Part shown: piece after piece, positions 28,564 to 37,534 of the stretch
Position numbering within the stretch: position 1 is the first letter of the stretch
Layout of the letters: the number at the start of each line of letters is the position of its first letter
Source of the DNA: Promethearchaeota archaeon
Lineage (GTDB): Archaea; Asgardarchaeota; Lokiarchaeia; Sigyniarchaeales; SOKP01
Assembly (NCBI GenBank): GCA_019058365.1
Contig: JAHPZE010000001.1
Coordinates: forward strand, 160,001-224,000
Direction of reading: 5' to 3'
DNA: 64,000 bases
Notes under the pieces: generated by a model
Database searches by the model: none
What the model was told of the DNA's origin: nothing
Seen by the model: the letters and a program-made list of their open reading frames with translations, nothing else
Program-made: the position numbers and the translations under genes

Positions 28564-30285
28564 TTGGAAAAACAATTCATTATATTTGTTTCTGTAAATT
28601 TAGAGTCTTTTACAAATTTAAAGAGTAAATATTTATTGAATCTGTGGAAAACAATAGCAAAAAATGAAATTCGCATCAAGACAAGTCGATTTAGAAAATA
28701 TAGACGATTATTCTTTATTTTAATTTTTTCAATCTCATTATACTGGGGACTTTTTATTGGTCCGTTTTTCATGGATGCAATTATTCCTGAAGTTGTTAAA
28801 GAGTATTCTTATCAATTTGAAGCCCTTATTATTCAATTAATTGAATTTACCTTTATTTCGTTATTTTTGATAGCAATGATGTATCCACTCTTTGTTTTGT
28901 TTAGAAAATCTGAAGTTCTCGAAAAAGAGATTATTTTAGCGACTCCAGTTAAACCCGCTGATATTATCTTTGGAGAATTTTTAGGCCATATACCCTTCTA
29001 TTTTTTATTTGTTTTGATAATTGGTCCTTTTGGATTAACATTAATACTACAAATTAATCCAAGTATGAATATAATTCATTACCTAATTTACTACACATGT
29101 ATTTTTACACTCTATATGTTTGGGTCATTAATTGGAACATTTTTATCTAATTGGATTGAAAAGGTTTTAGGACGTAAAAAATGGAAGGATTATAGTAATT
29201 TTTTTTTACTTTTAATATCAATCTTAGTAATTACAGTCTATTATTCATTTCAATTCATGTTTAATTTCATTAAGATTCATCCAGAATTAAAAGGGATTTT
29301 TTTATTTTACCCCTCTTTTTGGTTTTCAAATATTATTTTATATTTTGTTAGTTTTCCATTGATAGAATCATATGTTCTTAACATTTGGGTTAATGTTCTA
29401 TTAGCAATTCTTATTCCTATTTCAATTTCCTATATTTTTTATAAAAAAGCTAGTTATTTTTATGATTTGAAGATTGTAGCTGAAAAAGAATCTAAAACAT
29501 ACTCTAAAGAAAATGTTTTTCACACTTTTATTAAAAAAATTACTCTCAGAGATTTTAAAGGTTTAATAATCATTCAATTCAAAACATTTTTAAGAAAGAA
29601 AGAAAATATAATGAAATTGATTTATATGATTGGAACTATAAGTGTCCTAGGGGTGCTAATTTATATTTCCTTTGAAGCTAAAGTTTTTTCAATAATAATA
29701 GAACCATTAAATATACCAATAATATTGGAAACACGATTTGACAAAAATGCGATAATATTTATACTGTCTTGGATGGGCGGTTTGATTTTTGGAATATTTA
29801 TGGGTATGTATGATTTTATTGACTCAAAAGAATTATTATATACATATAAGAAATCTCCAAAAGGAACAAAAGCACTTATTTATTCATTTATCTATGAATC
29901 ATTATATATTCTAATTTTTTATGATATTTTCTTAACAATTTTTTTCTCTTTTATATTCCAAATAGACTTTTTAATCTCGTTGTTATTTTTCCTAACATAT
30001 ATAATAAATAGTGAAATAATATTTCTTCAATCAATTGGAATTCAATGTTTTAGACCGCTGTTCGGGGAACGTCGTAAAAACTTGTTTGTTAATAATTATT
30101 TAATTTTATTTATTCAGATAATTTCTTTTTTATTATCGCTCTTTATTTTCATTTATTCTCTAGCAATAATAATAAGTCCTTATTTAGTGCTCATATTGAC
30201 TATATTTACTTATCTTGGAGTTTCAGGATCAATTGCAATTTCTACGTTATATTTTGGTATAAGAAAACTAGATTTAATAGAATGA
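28564..30285 (+). CDS. Multi-pass membrane protein, ABC-2/ABC exporter permease-like
   Basis: Two halves with IAKNEIRI / IIIQFKTFLR amphipathic starts and ILATPVKPADIIFGEF; about 12 TM. True start is probably ~20 codons downstream. Confidence 0.7.
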   Translation: MEKQFIIFVSVNLESFTNLKSKYLLNLWKTIAKNEIRIKTSRFRKYRRLFFILIFSISLYWGLFIGPFFMDAIIPEVVKEYSYQFEALIIQLIEFTFISLFLIAMMYPLFVLFRKSEVLEKEIILATPVKPADIIFGEFLGHIPFYFLFVLIIGPFGLTLILQINPSMNIIHYLIYYTCIFTLYMFGSLIGTFLSNWIEKVLGRKKWKDYSNFFLLLISILVITVYYSFQFMFNFIKIHPELKGIFLFYPSFWFSNIILYFVSFPLIESYVLNIWVNVLLAILIPISISYIFYKKASYFYDLKIVAEKESKTYSKENVFHTFIKKITLRDFKGLIIIQFKTFLRKKENIMKLIYMIGTISVLGVLIYISFEAKVFSIIIEPLNIPIILETRFDKNAIIFILSWMGGLIFGIFMGMYDFIDSKELLYTYKKSPKGTKALIYSFIYESLYILIFYDIFLTIFFSFIFQIDFLISLLFFLTYIINSEIIFLQSIGIQCFRPLFGERRKNLFVNNYLILFIQIISFLLSLFIFIYSLAIIISPYLVLILTIFTYLGVSGSIAISTLYFGIRKLDLIE

Positions 30286-30297
30286 AATTTTCTAAAA

Positions 30298-30564
30298 TTA
30301 TTTCTTATAGCGCTTTATTTTTTTTATAACTCTAATAATTGTATCAAAAATTATAGGAATAGATAAAATAAAGAATCCAATTGGATTAAATATAATATAT
30401 TGAATAACTATAGTAAGGATTTCTATAGTATTAAAAGAAAATAAATGGAAAATAAAAAACATAAAAAGTGCTGATCCAAATATTATTAAAAAGAAATTTG
30501 ATTTTACGCTTGATATAAAAAGGATTATAATAAATAATAAAATAATAGATTCTGCAAATTTCAT
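30298..30564 (-). CDS. Small hypothetical membrane protein
   Basis: 88 aa, highly hydrophobic, basic C-terminus, co-oriented after the surface protein. Confidence 0.5.
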   Translation of the reverse strand: MKFAESIILLFIIILFISSVKSNFFLIIFGSALFMFFIFHLFSFNTIEILTIVIQYIIFNPIGFFILSIPIIFDTIIRVIKKIKRYKK

Positions 30565-30632
30565 ATCATAACTATTAATAATTAATATCTATTAAATTTT
30601 AAAATAAAAAAAAAATTATAATTAGTATAACA

Positions 30633-32339
30633 TTACTTATCTCGTTTTCGAATATAATAGATTATACCTATTACGGTTAATGGAAACACTACTAAAAGAG
30701 TTGCAATTTCATATCCCGGAATCTCTCCTCCTGCAGTTACCAGATTAATGCTTACTGCTACGACACCATCACTAGACAAACTAGCTTGATTAAGAAGTCC
30801 AATAGTATTCCAATTTGCCGATACTTCAATGGCTTCTGGATGTCCAGTTGTAGCAATTGTGGCTTCAGTCGTGATAGTTTCCCAATTGTAATTATTAGCA
30901 ACGATTAAACCTTGAGTAAATACAACTTGATCTAATAACGCTATTTTCTGATCTGAATATGTTGATGGATCTACAATATAACCATTAGTTGTGAAATTAA
31001 GAAGAGTCTGCATTATTATTGTCGTAGTTGAATTTGAGTCTGATAAGGAAAGAGAGCCTGATCCCGAGAATAAATCATCTAATGAAGTCCAGGTTTCCAT
31101 ATCGACACTAATAAAGAGTGTCATATCTATAGGGGTTGCTCTTTGGCCTCCTAAGGTTGATTCTATTTCTGGATTGATTTGATCTATAGCAATTTTTACC
31201 CCAATGGTTGAAGGAAACCCTCCCATTGTCTCTACCGTTGACATCAACGACTCCCACTCTGGTAAAACCATTGTTGTCCATAGAGTTTTAGCTTGTTCTA
31301 ATTCGTAATTGAGTAATTCTTGTATAGTCATAGTCATCCAATCAGTGGGAAACATACCTGTAGGCATAGATTGATTCATATAATAAAGCCCCATATCAAT
31401 TCCCCACTCAAGTATTTCTAATGCTGTTGCTCCCTCCAAAGATGGATCAATTGAAGTAAGACTATAATTCAAATAATCTGCTAAAGTATCTATATAATTT
31501 GAAATTGGCAGAGAGTCCCATCCAGAAGGAGATGTACTGTTAATCATATACCATAATCCGTCTAACATATAACTAAGATTAGCATTCCATATTTCAGATG
31601 GAATCATAAGGGGAAGGAATTCACCAATTGTATATGTATCAGCTCCAGGAGGTAACATCATATAAGCCGTTGATAATAGTTGATCCATCATTAAGTAAGT
31701 CAAAAAGCTTTCTGTCGCTGAAGGAAAAGATTCTATTAGAAGAGTCTCAAAGAATTCCTGCAAAGTCATATCATACCATCCACTAGGTAAAATACCCATT
31801 AATAATGTATCATTTAATTCACTTAGGGCAAGATTTAGCATAAAGGGAATGGGTTGATCTTCCCAACCAACAGGAAGTGTCTCATTAAGCCCATTAATCA
31901 TTGCATCGACGAAAGTAGAATAATTTAAAGATTGCCAATTATCAGGGATTTCTCCAGAAAGAAATGTTGAATTAAAGTTCGTTATAAAATGGTCAAGAGT
32001 CTCATCTAATAACTCAGAAATATTTAAAGTCTCCCATCCTGAAGGTAAAAGAGATGATAAAAGTGTATAAGAGATATTTTCCATTACTTCAGGAATTGTC
32101 ATGGTTCCAAATCCGAAAAAGTCATAATCTGATATTCTTGATTGTATTTCAGTTAATAAGCCTTCAACATTTTGGACTACATTATCAAGCCCATCAATGT
32201 TTATATTAATCCTCCATTCATATTCACTTCCTTCTTGTACACCAACATATCCATTTGACTGTGCTACTGAAAATCTTCCAAAAGGAAGAAAAAATAATGT
32301 ACATACCATAAATAAGGTCAGCAATGTAACTTTTTTCAT
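30633..32339 (-). CDS. Secreted/cell-surface protein with internal helical repeats and IPGY (Loki-CTERM/PGF-CTERM-like) C-terminal anchor
   Basis: Signal peptide MKKVTLL...SVAQ; C-terminal EIPGYE + TM + RKRDK. Confidence 0.85.
   Translation of the reverse strand: MKKVTLLTLFMVCTLFFLPFGRFSVAQSNGYVGVQEGSEYEWRININIDGLDNVVQNVEGLLTEIQSRISDYDFFGFGTMTIPEVMENISYTLLSSLLPSGWETLNISELLDETLDHFITNFNSTFLSGEIPDNWQSLNYSTFVDAMINGLNETLPVGWEDQPIPFMLNLALSELNDTLLMGILPSGWYDMTLQEFFETLLIESFPSATESFLTYLMMDQLLSTAYMMLPPGADTYTIGEFLPLMIPSEIWNANLSYMLDGLWYMINSTSPSGWDSLPISNYIDTLADYLNYSLTSIDPSLEGATALEILEWGIDMGLYYMNQSMPTGMFPTDWMTMTIQELLNYELEQAKTLWTTMVLPEWESLMSTVETMGGFPSTIGVKIAIDQINPEIESTLGGQRATPIDMTLFISVDMETWTSLDDLFSGSGSLSLSDSNSTTTIIMQTLLNFTTNGYIVDPSTYSDQKIALLDQVVFTQGLIVANNYNWETITTEATIATTGHPEAIEVSANWNTIGLLNQASLSSDGVVAVSINLVTAGGEIPGYEIATLLVVFPLTVIGIIYYIRKRDK
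31310..32052 (-). repeat. About 9 degenerate ~20-35 aa repeats, consensus (L/I)PxGWxxxx(I/L)xE(L/F)(L/F)
   Basis: LPSGWETLNISELL, IPDNWQSLNYSTFV, LPVGWEDQPIPFML, LPSGWYDMTLQEFF, LPPGADTYTIGEFL, IPSEIWNANLSYML, SPSGWDSLPISNYI, DPSLEGATALEIL, FPTDWMTMTIQELL. Confidence 0.75.
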
Positions 32340-32521
32340 GATTTCTTCATTTTTTTTTTAAATCTTTTATTAGATTTTATAATAAATATCCTAATTCATT
32401 TATTTAAATTTATATTAATTTACTTTTGTGTGTAACAACTCTAATTAGTTTTCAATATTAGCGGGCAAGAATGCTAAAACTATAATTATTATAATAATAA
32501 TTATCCTAATTATTCATAATA

Positions 32522-33232
32522 ATGAAATTTGTTAGATATGAATCTAGACTTAAAGCAGGAGAATTGTTAGTAGAATTTATTGAAAATAGAATAAAAGTTC
32601 TTAAAGATCAGCTTTTTAATAACAAAACTCTATTTTTCTGTTTTGCCATTCCTAATGGTGGTGTACCAGTTACAGAAGGATTTTGTTCTAAATATAATTT
32701 GACTTATGACATATTAATTGTTCGAAAAATCAAAATTCCTTATAACACAGAAGCAGGTTTTGGGGCTATAACGACTGATGGAACAATATTGATTAATAAA
32801 TCTTTATTGAGTCAACTTAACTTATCAGAGAAACAAATACAAGATTCAATCAGTTTGACGAAAAATGAAATTTCCGAAAGATTGAAGCTTTACAATAAAG
32901 AATCAAGTTTAAAAAAATTTTATAGTGATCATATCAAGAATAAATATATCTTTCTTCTCGATGATGGATTAGCTTCAGGATTCACTATGTTAGCAGCAAT
33001 AAGTATGATAAAAAAATATCACCCACTTAAAATTTATGTTGCAGTACCCACAGCACCATTAAGAACAATTAATAGAATCAAAGCTGAAGTTGATGAAATT
33101 ATTTGTCCAAATATTAGAGATGTACTATGGTTTGCTGTTGCTGATGCCTATAAGAATTGGTACGATATTCCAGAAACAGAAGTATTGGAAATTATAGAAA
33201 AATCAAATAATTACATAACAGCAATAAAATGA
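32522..33232 (+). CDS. Type I phosphoribosyltransferase family protein
   Basis: AIPNGGVPV, VRKIKIP, EAGFGA, PRPP-binding FLLDDGLASGFT, AVPTAP. Confidence 0.9.
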   Translation: MKFVRYESRLKAGELLVEFIENRIKVLKDQLFNNKTLFFCFAIPNGGVPVTEGFCSKYNLTYDILIVRKIKIPYNTEAGFGAITTDGTILINKSLLSQLNLSEKQIQDSISLTKNEISERLKLYNKESSLKKFYSDHIKNKYIFLLDDGLASGFTMLAAISMIKKYHPLKIYVAVPTAPLRTINRIKAEVDEIICPNIRDVLWFAVADAYKNWYDIPETEVLEIIEKSNNYITAIK

Positions 33233-33278
33233 TGTAAAGAGCTATAATATTAAAAGAAAAGTAAAAAAAATATTTTAT

Positions 33279-33554
33279 TTAAGCGCTAATCAAACGGAAT
33301 AATATAGAAGCATGAGGAATAAAGAATTCATCTTTACGTTTGATGACCACAGTGTGAAAATATTCTGCCAATCCTAAAAAACCACGGATAACCGATTCAT
33401 CTTCCTCAAATCTAAAAATTACTGTTGCAATAGCAGCTCCTGTATTAAAATTAACCTTATCATACACTCTTTCGTCAATTAAGGGTATCTTTAGCTCATT
33501 AACAATTTCATAAACCCGTTTAATGAATAGTTCTCGCTTAGGCATTTTGTACAA
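33279..33554 (-). CDS. Hypothetical protein
   Basis: Clean 88-91 aa ORF with globular composition; likely starts at MPKREL. Confidence 0.65.
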   Translation of the reverse strand: MYKMPKRELFIKRVYEIVNELKIPLIDERVYDKVNFNTGAAIATVIFRFEEDESVIRGFLGLAEYFHTVVIKRKDEFFIPHASILFRLISA

Positions 33555-33818
33555 ACCTTTTTAATTAATTCCAATCTAAAAATTGAATTTTTAATAATTT
33601 TTAAACTTACTAATGAAATATGTTATATAATATTAATAGGTCTAGGTTTTTTAATAATTAACGTTTTTTTGGATTTACGTATTAATCCAATATATAGAGT
33701 CAACTAAGAATGGAATAAAAATATAAATATATATTAATATAATTAAAATATAAAGATTATAACTAGTAATTTTAATTTTAATCAAATTTTCAATGATAAT
33801 AGAGGAATTGAGTAAAAC

Positions 33819-34538
33819 GTGGTTTCAAAAGAACAGAAGAAAATTGAACGAGTTATTAATTTTATGAAAAAGGGTTTAACATCATTAGCAGACGATCTAG
33901 AGGAAACTGTTAAGGGGATAAATGACTTTATTAAATCATTAGCTAAAGCTCAGAAAGATTTGAAAGAAGTATCTGTGGTTGAAGAAGTTCAAACAATAAG
34001 CACTTCCTCTAAAAAAATAGTAGCCACCACAAGTGAGGGTGCTAAAACTGCCGCTGCTAGCACTTTATTTAGTCTTTTAAGTAGTAGTGGAGGTGCTCCC
34101 GTTGCAGCACCTGGTTCAACGCCAGTACCTACTGCAGCCTTGACACCAGGTATTCCTTCAGCTCCTGTCCCTCCTTCTGGTGGGGGACCTCCAAAAGCAC
34201 CTAGTTCTGGCCCCCCTAAAGCTCCTAGTGGAGGTCCTCCTAAACGACCTGGGTTACCACCAGCTCCAAAATTACCCCCTACTAGTGGAGGACCACCTAA
34301 GGCTCCTAGTTCAGCCCCTCAGGCACCTTCAGGAACAGGACCTCCAAAACCTCCAAGTACAGGGCCACCTTCTGCGCCCGCATTCGCAAAAAGACCTGTA
34401 GCACCTCCTGGTGGGATCACCCCTGCCGCTCCCTCTGCTCCAGCTGTTGCACCTAAGCCTGGTGGAGGGTTAGGTTCATTACGTGACGAAATGCTTGATG
34501 AATTGAATCGACTTAAGAAAATTATGAGAGGAGAATAG
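33819..34538 (+). CDS. Coiled-coil / proline-rich protein with C-terminal WH2- or VASP-like amphipathic helix
   Basis: N-terminal heptad helix, Pro/Gly/Ala-rich middle, C-terminal GSLRDEMLDELNRLKKIMRGE. Confidence 0.8.
   Translation: MVSKEQKKIERVINFMKKGLTSLADDLEETVKGINDFIKSLAKAQKDLKEVSVVEEVQTISTSSKKIVATTSEGAKTAAASTLFSLLSSSGGAPVAAPGSTPVPTAALTPGIPSAPVPPSGGGPPKAPSSGPPKAPSGGPPKRPGLPPAPKLPPTSGGPPKAPSSAPQAPSGTGPPKPPSTGPPSAPAFAKRPVAPPGGITPAAPSAPAVAPKPGGGLGSLRDEMLDELNRLKKIMRGE
34177..34380 (+). repeat. GPPK(A/R/P)P(S/G) peptide repeats (about 6 copies)
   Basis: GGPPKAPSS, GPPKAPSG, GPPKRPG, GGPPKAPSS, GPPKPPST, GPPSAP; locally GC-rich. Confidence 0.8.
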
Positions 34539-34568
34539 TCTTTTATTAATAAGAGACTATATTTTTTT
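34535..34568 (+). terminator. Hairpin plus T-tract terminator after the Pro-rich gene
   Basis: ATAGTCTTTTATT/AATAAGAGACTAT near-perfect palindrome (one G-U pair) followed by T7. Confidence 0.6.
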
Positions 34569-34814
34569 CTAATAGTAATATTATACTATTTTTATGTTTT
34601 TTAAAAGAGATTTTGTTTTTAATTTAAAAAACGATTATATCCCAATTCTTTGTGGTTTCATAAATCGTAGTGGTTTTGCCTTTTATTCAGCTCTATGCTT
34701 TAATTTTTCAAGATTTTTTTCTTTTTTCTTTCATTTTTATCCATTCTTTGAATTATTCATAATAGAGATTAAATTCAATAAAGTTTTTTTAGGGTTTAGT
34801 AAAAATTATATATA

Positions 34815-35561
34815 ATGTTTGAACATAGCTATTTTATATGTGAGGAAGAAATCCCTATTATTGTACCTAAAAGGATTATGGTTTTTGCTGGCCATCCCGA
34901 TGATGAGTTAATATCTTGTGGGGGTACGCTATTAAAATATCAAAAACTCGGTTCAGAAATCATAATTGTAATAGCTACTTTTGGCTTAGGAGGCTATGCT
35001 AAGGAAAAACATAAAGATAATATAGCTGAAAGAAGGGAAAAAGAATTAGAGTTAGTAAAGAAGGTTTTAAAAAGTGACATTATTGAGTTAGGGTATTCAG
35101 ATTTACAAATTGAAAGAGAAAAAATCTCTCAGATTACTAATCTCATCCGAGATTATAAACCTCAAGTAATTTTGTTACCTCATTACTCAGATTTTCACCG
35201 TGTGCATCGAAATTTATCTTTAATCACACGTGAAGCAATATATCACTGTACTACAGGTAAAGCATACGGCGGACATCTAAGGAGTTGGGTTCCTCATGGT
35301 GCCTATTATTATGAATCACCATCATGTAAATTCGAATACATACAAGGATCTGTATTTGTTATAGTGAATATAGAAGATTACTGGGAAAAGAAAAAAGATA
35401 TTTTTAACCAAATATATACATCTCAAAAAGAAGTTTTAGAGCGTGTTATAGATTGGGCGGAGGATACTGCAATTCTGAGGGGAAATGAAATAAATGCTGC
35501 TTTTGGTGAAGCTTTTATGCCTGAGACTACATATACTCCATTAAAAATTTTATTACAATAA
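34815..35561 (+). CDS. PIG-L/LmbE family de-N-acetylase
   Basis: VFAGHPDDE, RREKE, IRDYKPQVI, HRVH (canonical HxDH is degenerate), GEAF. Confidence 0.88.
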   Translation: MFEHSYFICEEEIPIIVPKRIMVFAGHPDDELISCGGTLLKYQKLGSEIIIVIATFGLGGYAKEKHKDNIAERREKELELVKKVLKSDIIELGYSDLQIEREKISQITNLIRDYKPQVILLPHYSDFHRVHRNLSLITREAIYHCTTGKAYGGHLRSWVPHGAYYYESPSCKFEYIQGSVFVIVNIEDYWEKKKDIFNQIYTSQKEVLERVIDWAEDTAILRGNEINAAFGEAFMPETTYTPLKILLQ

Positions 35562-35654
35562 AAGTACGGAGATTTTTTTAATAATTAAAATATTATATTA
35601 GATATACTAGTTTAGGCTTAATATCTTAAAATTAAATTCAGAACCTATTAAGGC

Positions 35655-36776
35655 ATGGGAAATCTAACAATAGTTCTTGATATTGGTCAGTTCAGCACTA
35701 AAATTGGATTTGCAGGAGAGGATACACCATCTCAAGTTTTCCTAACAATGGTTGGAAAACCTAAATATCAAAGTGTAGATGTCAGTTATAAATCTAAGCA
35801 ATCTCATGAAGATGAAATATATGTAGGAGATGAAATTCAATCAATTGGATTATATAAGATTTTTCATCCTATTGAAAAAGGAATTGTTGTGGATTGGACT
35901 CATTTTGAGAATATTATTGATTATATTTTTTACAATTTGAGAGTAGATCCAACTCTTGTTAATGTATTATTTGCTGTACATCCATTATTTCCATATAATG
36001 ACTTAGAGAAAATATTTAAGTTATTTTTAGAAAGATATCAATGTATGGCATTTTATCCAGTATTAGATTCAATGCTAACTCTATACTCCGGTGGTTTCCA
36101 AACAGGATTAATCGTAGAAATAGGTGATAGCAATACACGAATTGTCCCGATTTATGAAGGATATAAGTTAGAGCATGCAGTAAGAATCTTAGATATTGGT
36201 GGAAGAGTATTAACTCACCAAATGGAACAGATTTTAGAATCTATTGGATGGTCAGTCGATTCTTCTATACGCAGAGAGTTAGTAAGAGTTTTAAAGGAAA
36301 AAGCCTGTTTTGTATCTTTAGATTATAAAGAAGATTTGAAGCGAAGTGAACAGTATGAGAAAGAATATTCGCTTCCTGATGGTTCTACAATTTCTCTCAA
36401 TAAAGAAAGATTTATTATTCCAGAATTATTATTTAAGCCTACTTCAGAATTAGAAGAAGATGCATTACATATAGCCATTATGGATGTAATTGAAGCCTGT
36501 GATTTAGACATACGTCCGGAGTTATTAAATAATATTTTTCTTTCGGGTGGTTCATCTATGTTTCCTAATTTAAAATCACGTATCTATCAAGAATTAGAAT
36601 TAGAGTTAGTAAGACGAAAGAAAAAAAATTTAGGAATTAGAATTATCGCTCCAATGGAACGAACATTTTCTGTATGGATTGGAGGATCAATTTTGGCAAT
36701 GATTCCCGAATTTTCTCAAAATTGGATTACACGGTTAAAATATTTTGATGAAGGAATACCACCTAATTTACTTTAA
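35655..36776 (+). CDS. Actin-family protein (divergent Asgard actin-related protein)
   Basis: IVLDIG..TKIGFAGEDTP, YVGDE, PIEKG, LYSGGFQTGLIVEIGD, VPIYEGY, DIGGRVLT, KEKACFV, YSLPDG, ERFIIPELLF, LSGGSSMFP, FSVWIGGSILA; colinear with eukaryotic actin. Confidence 0.95.
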   Translation: MGNLTIVLDIGQFSTKIGFAGEDTPSQVFLTMVGKPKYQSVDVSYKSKQSHEDEIYVGDEIQSIGLYKIFHPIEKGIVVDWTHFENIIDYIFYNLRVDPTLVNVLFAVHPLFPYNDLEKIFKLFLERYQCMAFYPVLDSMLTLYSGGFQTGLIVEIGDSNTRIVPIYEGYKLEHAVRILDIGGRVLTHQMEQILESIGWSVDSSIRRELVRVLKEKACFVSLDYKEDLKRSEQYEKEYSLPDGSTISLNKERFIIPELLFKPTSELEEDALHIAIMDVIEACDLDIRPELLNNIFLSGGSSMFPNLKSRIYQELELELVRRKKKNLGIRIIAPMERTFSVWIGGSILAMIPEFSQNWITRLKYFDEGIPPNLL

Positions 36777-36889
36777 TATAACTTAACCTATCCTTTGTAA
36801 ATATCCTAATAACATTGAGATAATACATTTTGTTAAATAAGAAATTTTAATATTAAATTATATTATAACTACTACTTTTAAAGGTATAA

Positions 36890-37234
36890 ATGAATATGGA
36901 TGATTTAGCAGAAAATAAGTTTTACAAACCAAGTTATTCCCATTTGTTCAATAGAATTAAGGATATTAAAACACCAATAAAAAATGAAATATTAATTGCC
37001 CTTCTTGATGGTCATTGGCATTCTGAATTAGAACTAATAAGAGTTACTAAAAGACAGCATGGATTCATCGGAAGTGTTACTTTGGGTACAATGGTAACTT
37101 CATTGAATCATTACATTAAAAATAACTATCTGCAGAAGAAGATAGTAAATAGTAAGCTTTATTATAAGATATCAGATAATTACGTTGGACTTACGAGAGC
37201 AGCGTATAGGTTTGACGCAAACGATTTCCTTTAA
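36890..37234 (+). CDS. Hypothetical winged-helix-like protein
   Basis: EILIALLDGHWHSELELIR...helix...YLQKKIVNSKLYYKIS beta-wing pattern. Confidence 0.6.
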   Translation: MNMDDLAENKFYKPSYSHLFNRIKDIKTPIKNEILIALLDGHWHSELELIRVTKRQHGFIGSVTLGTMVTSLNHYIKNNYLQKKIVNSKLYYKISDNYVGLTRAAYRFDANDFL

Positions 37235-37534
37235 GAAGAAGGAATTGAAAACGTAGAATTTCTTTAGAGAAAACCTATTATTTCTTTAAATTCTTCAACA
37301 CTATTACATTTGCTAAAAAGATAAAGATGATGTTATTATGCTGTGTGCTTAATTGAATAGGAATCCTTATATAACACTTAATAAATGGGTTTTAAAATTG
37401 AAAATAAAAATCTACTGGTATAAATTGTAGAAAAAATAAAATAAATTTCAGAATTATAAAAAGAAATTCAAACTTGTGCATATTATTAAAGCAAAATCGA
37501 ATATTCTTTAGTTTTTATAATAATATATAATATT

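Noticed and set aside
34087-34470. Local high-GC island suggesting an RNA gene or foreign DNA
   Set aside because: Fully explained by Pro/Gly/Ala codons of the 33819 ORF; no tRNA or rRNA structure is visible.
34594-34815. 73-aa Phe-rich ORF
   Set aside because: Its composition reflects T-rich intergenic DNA after a terminator; no motif or SD.
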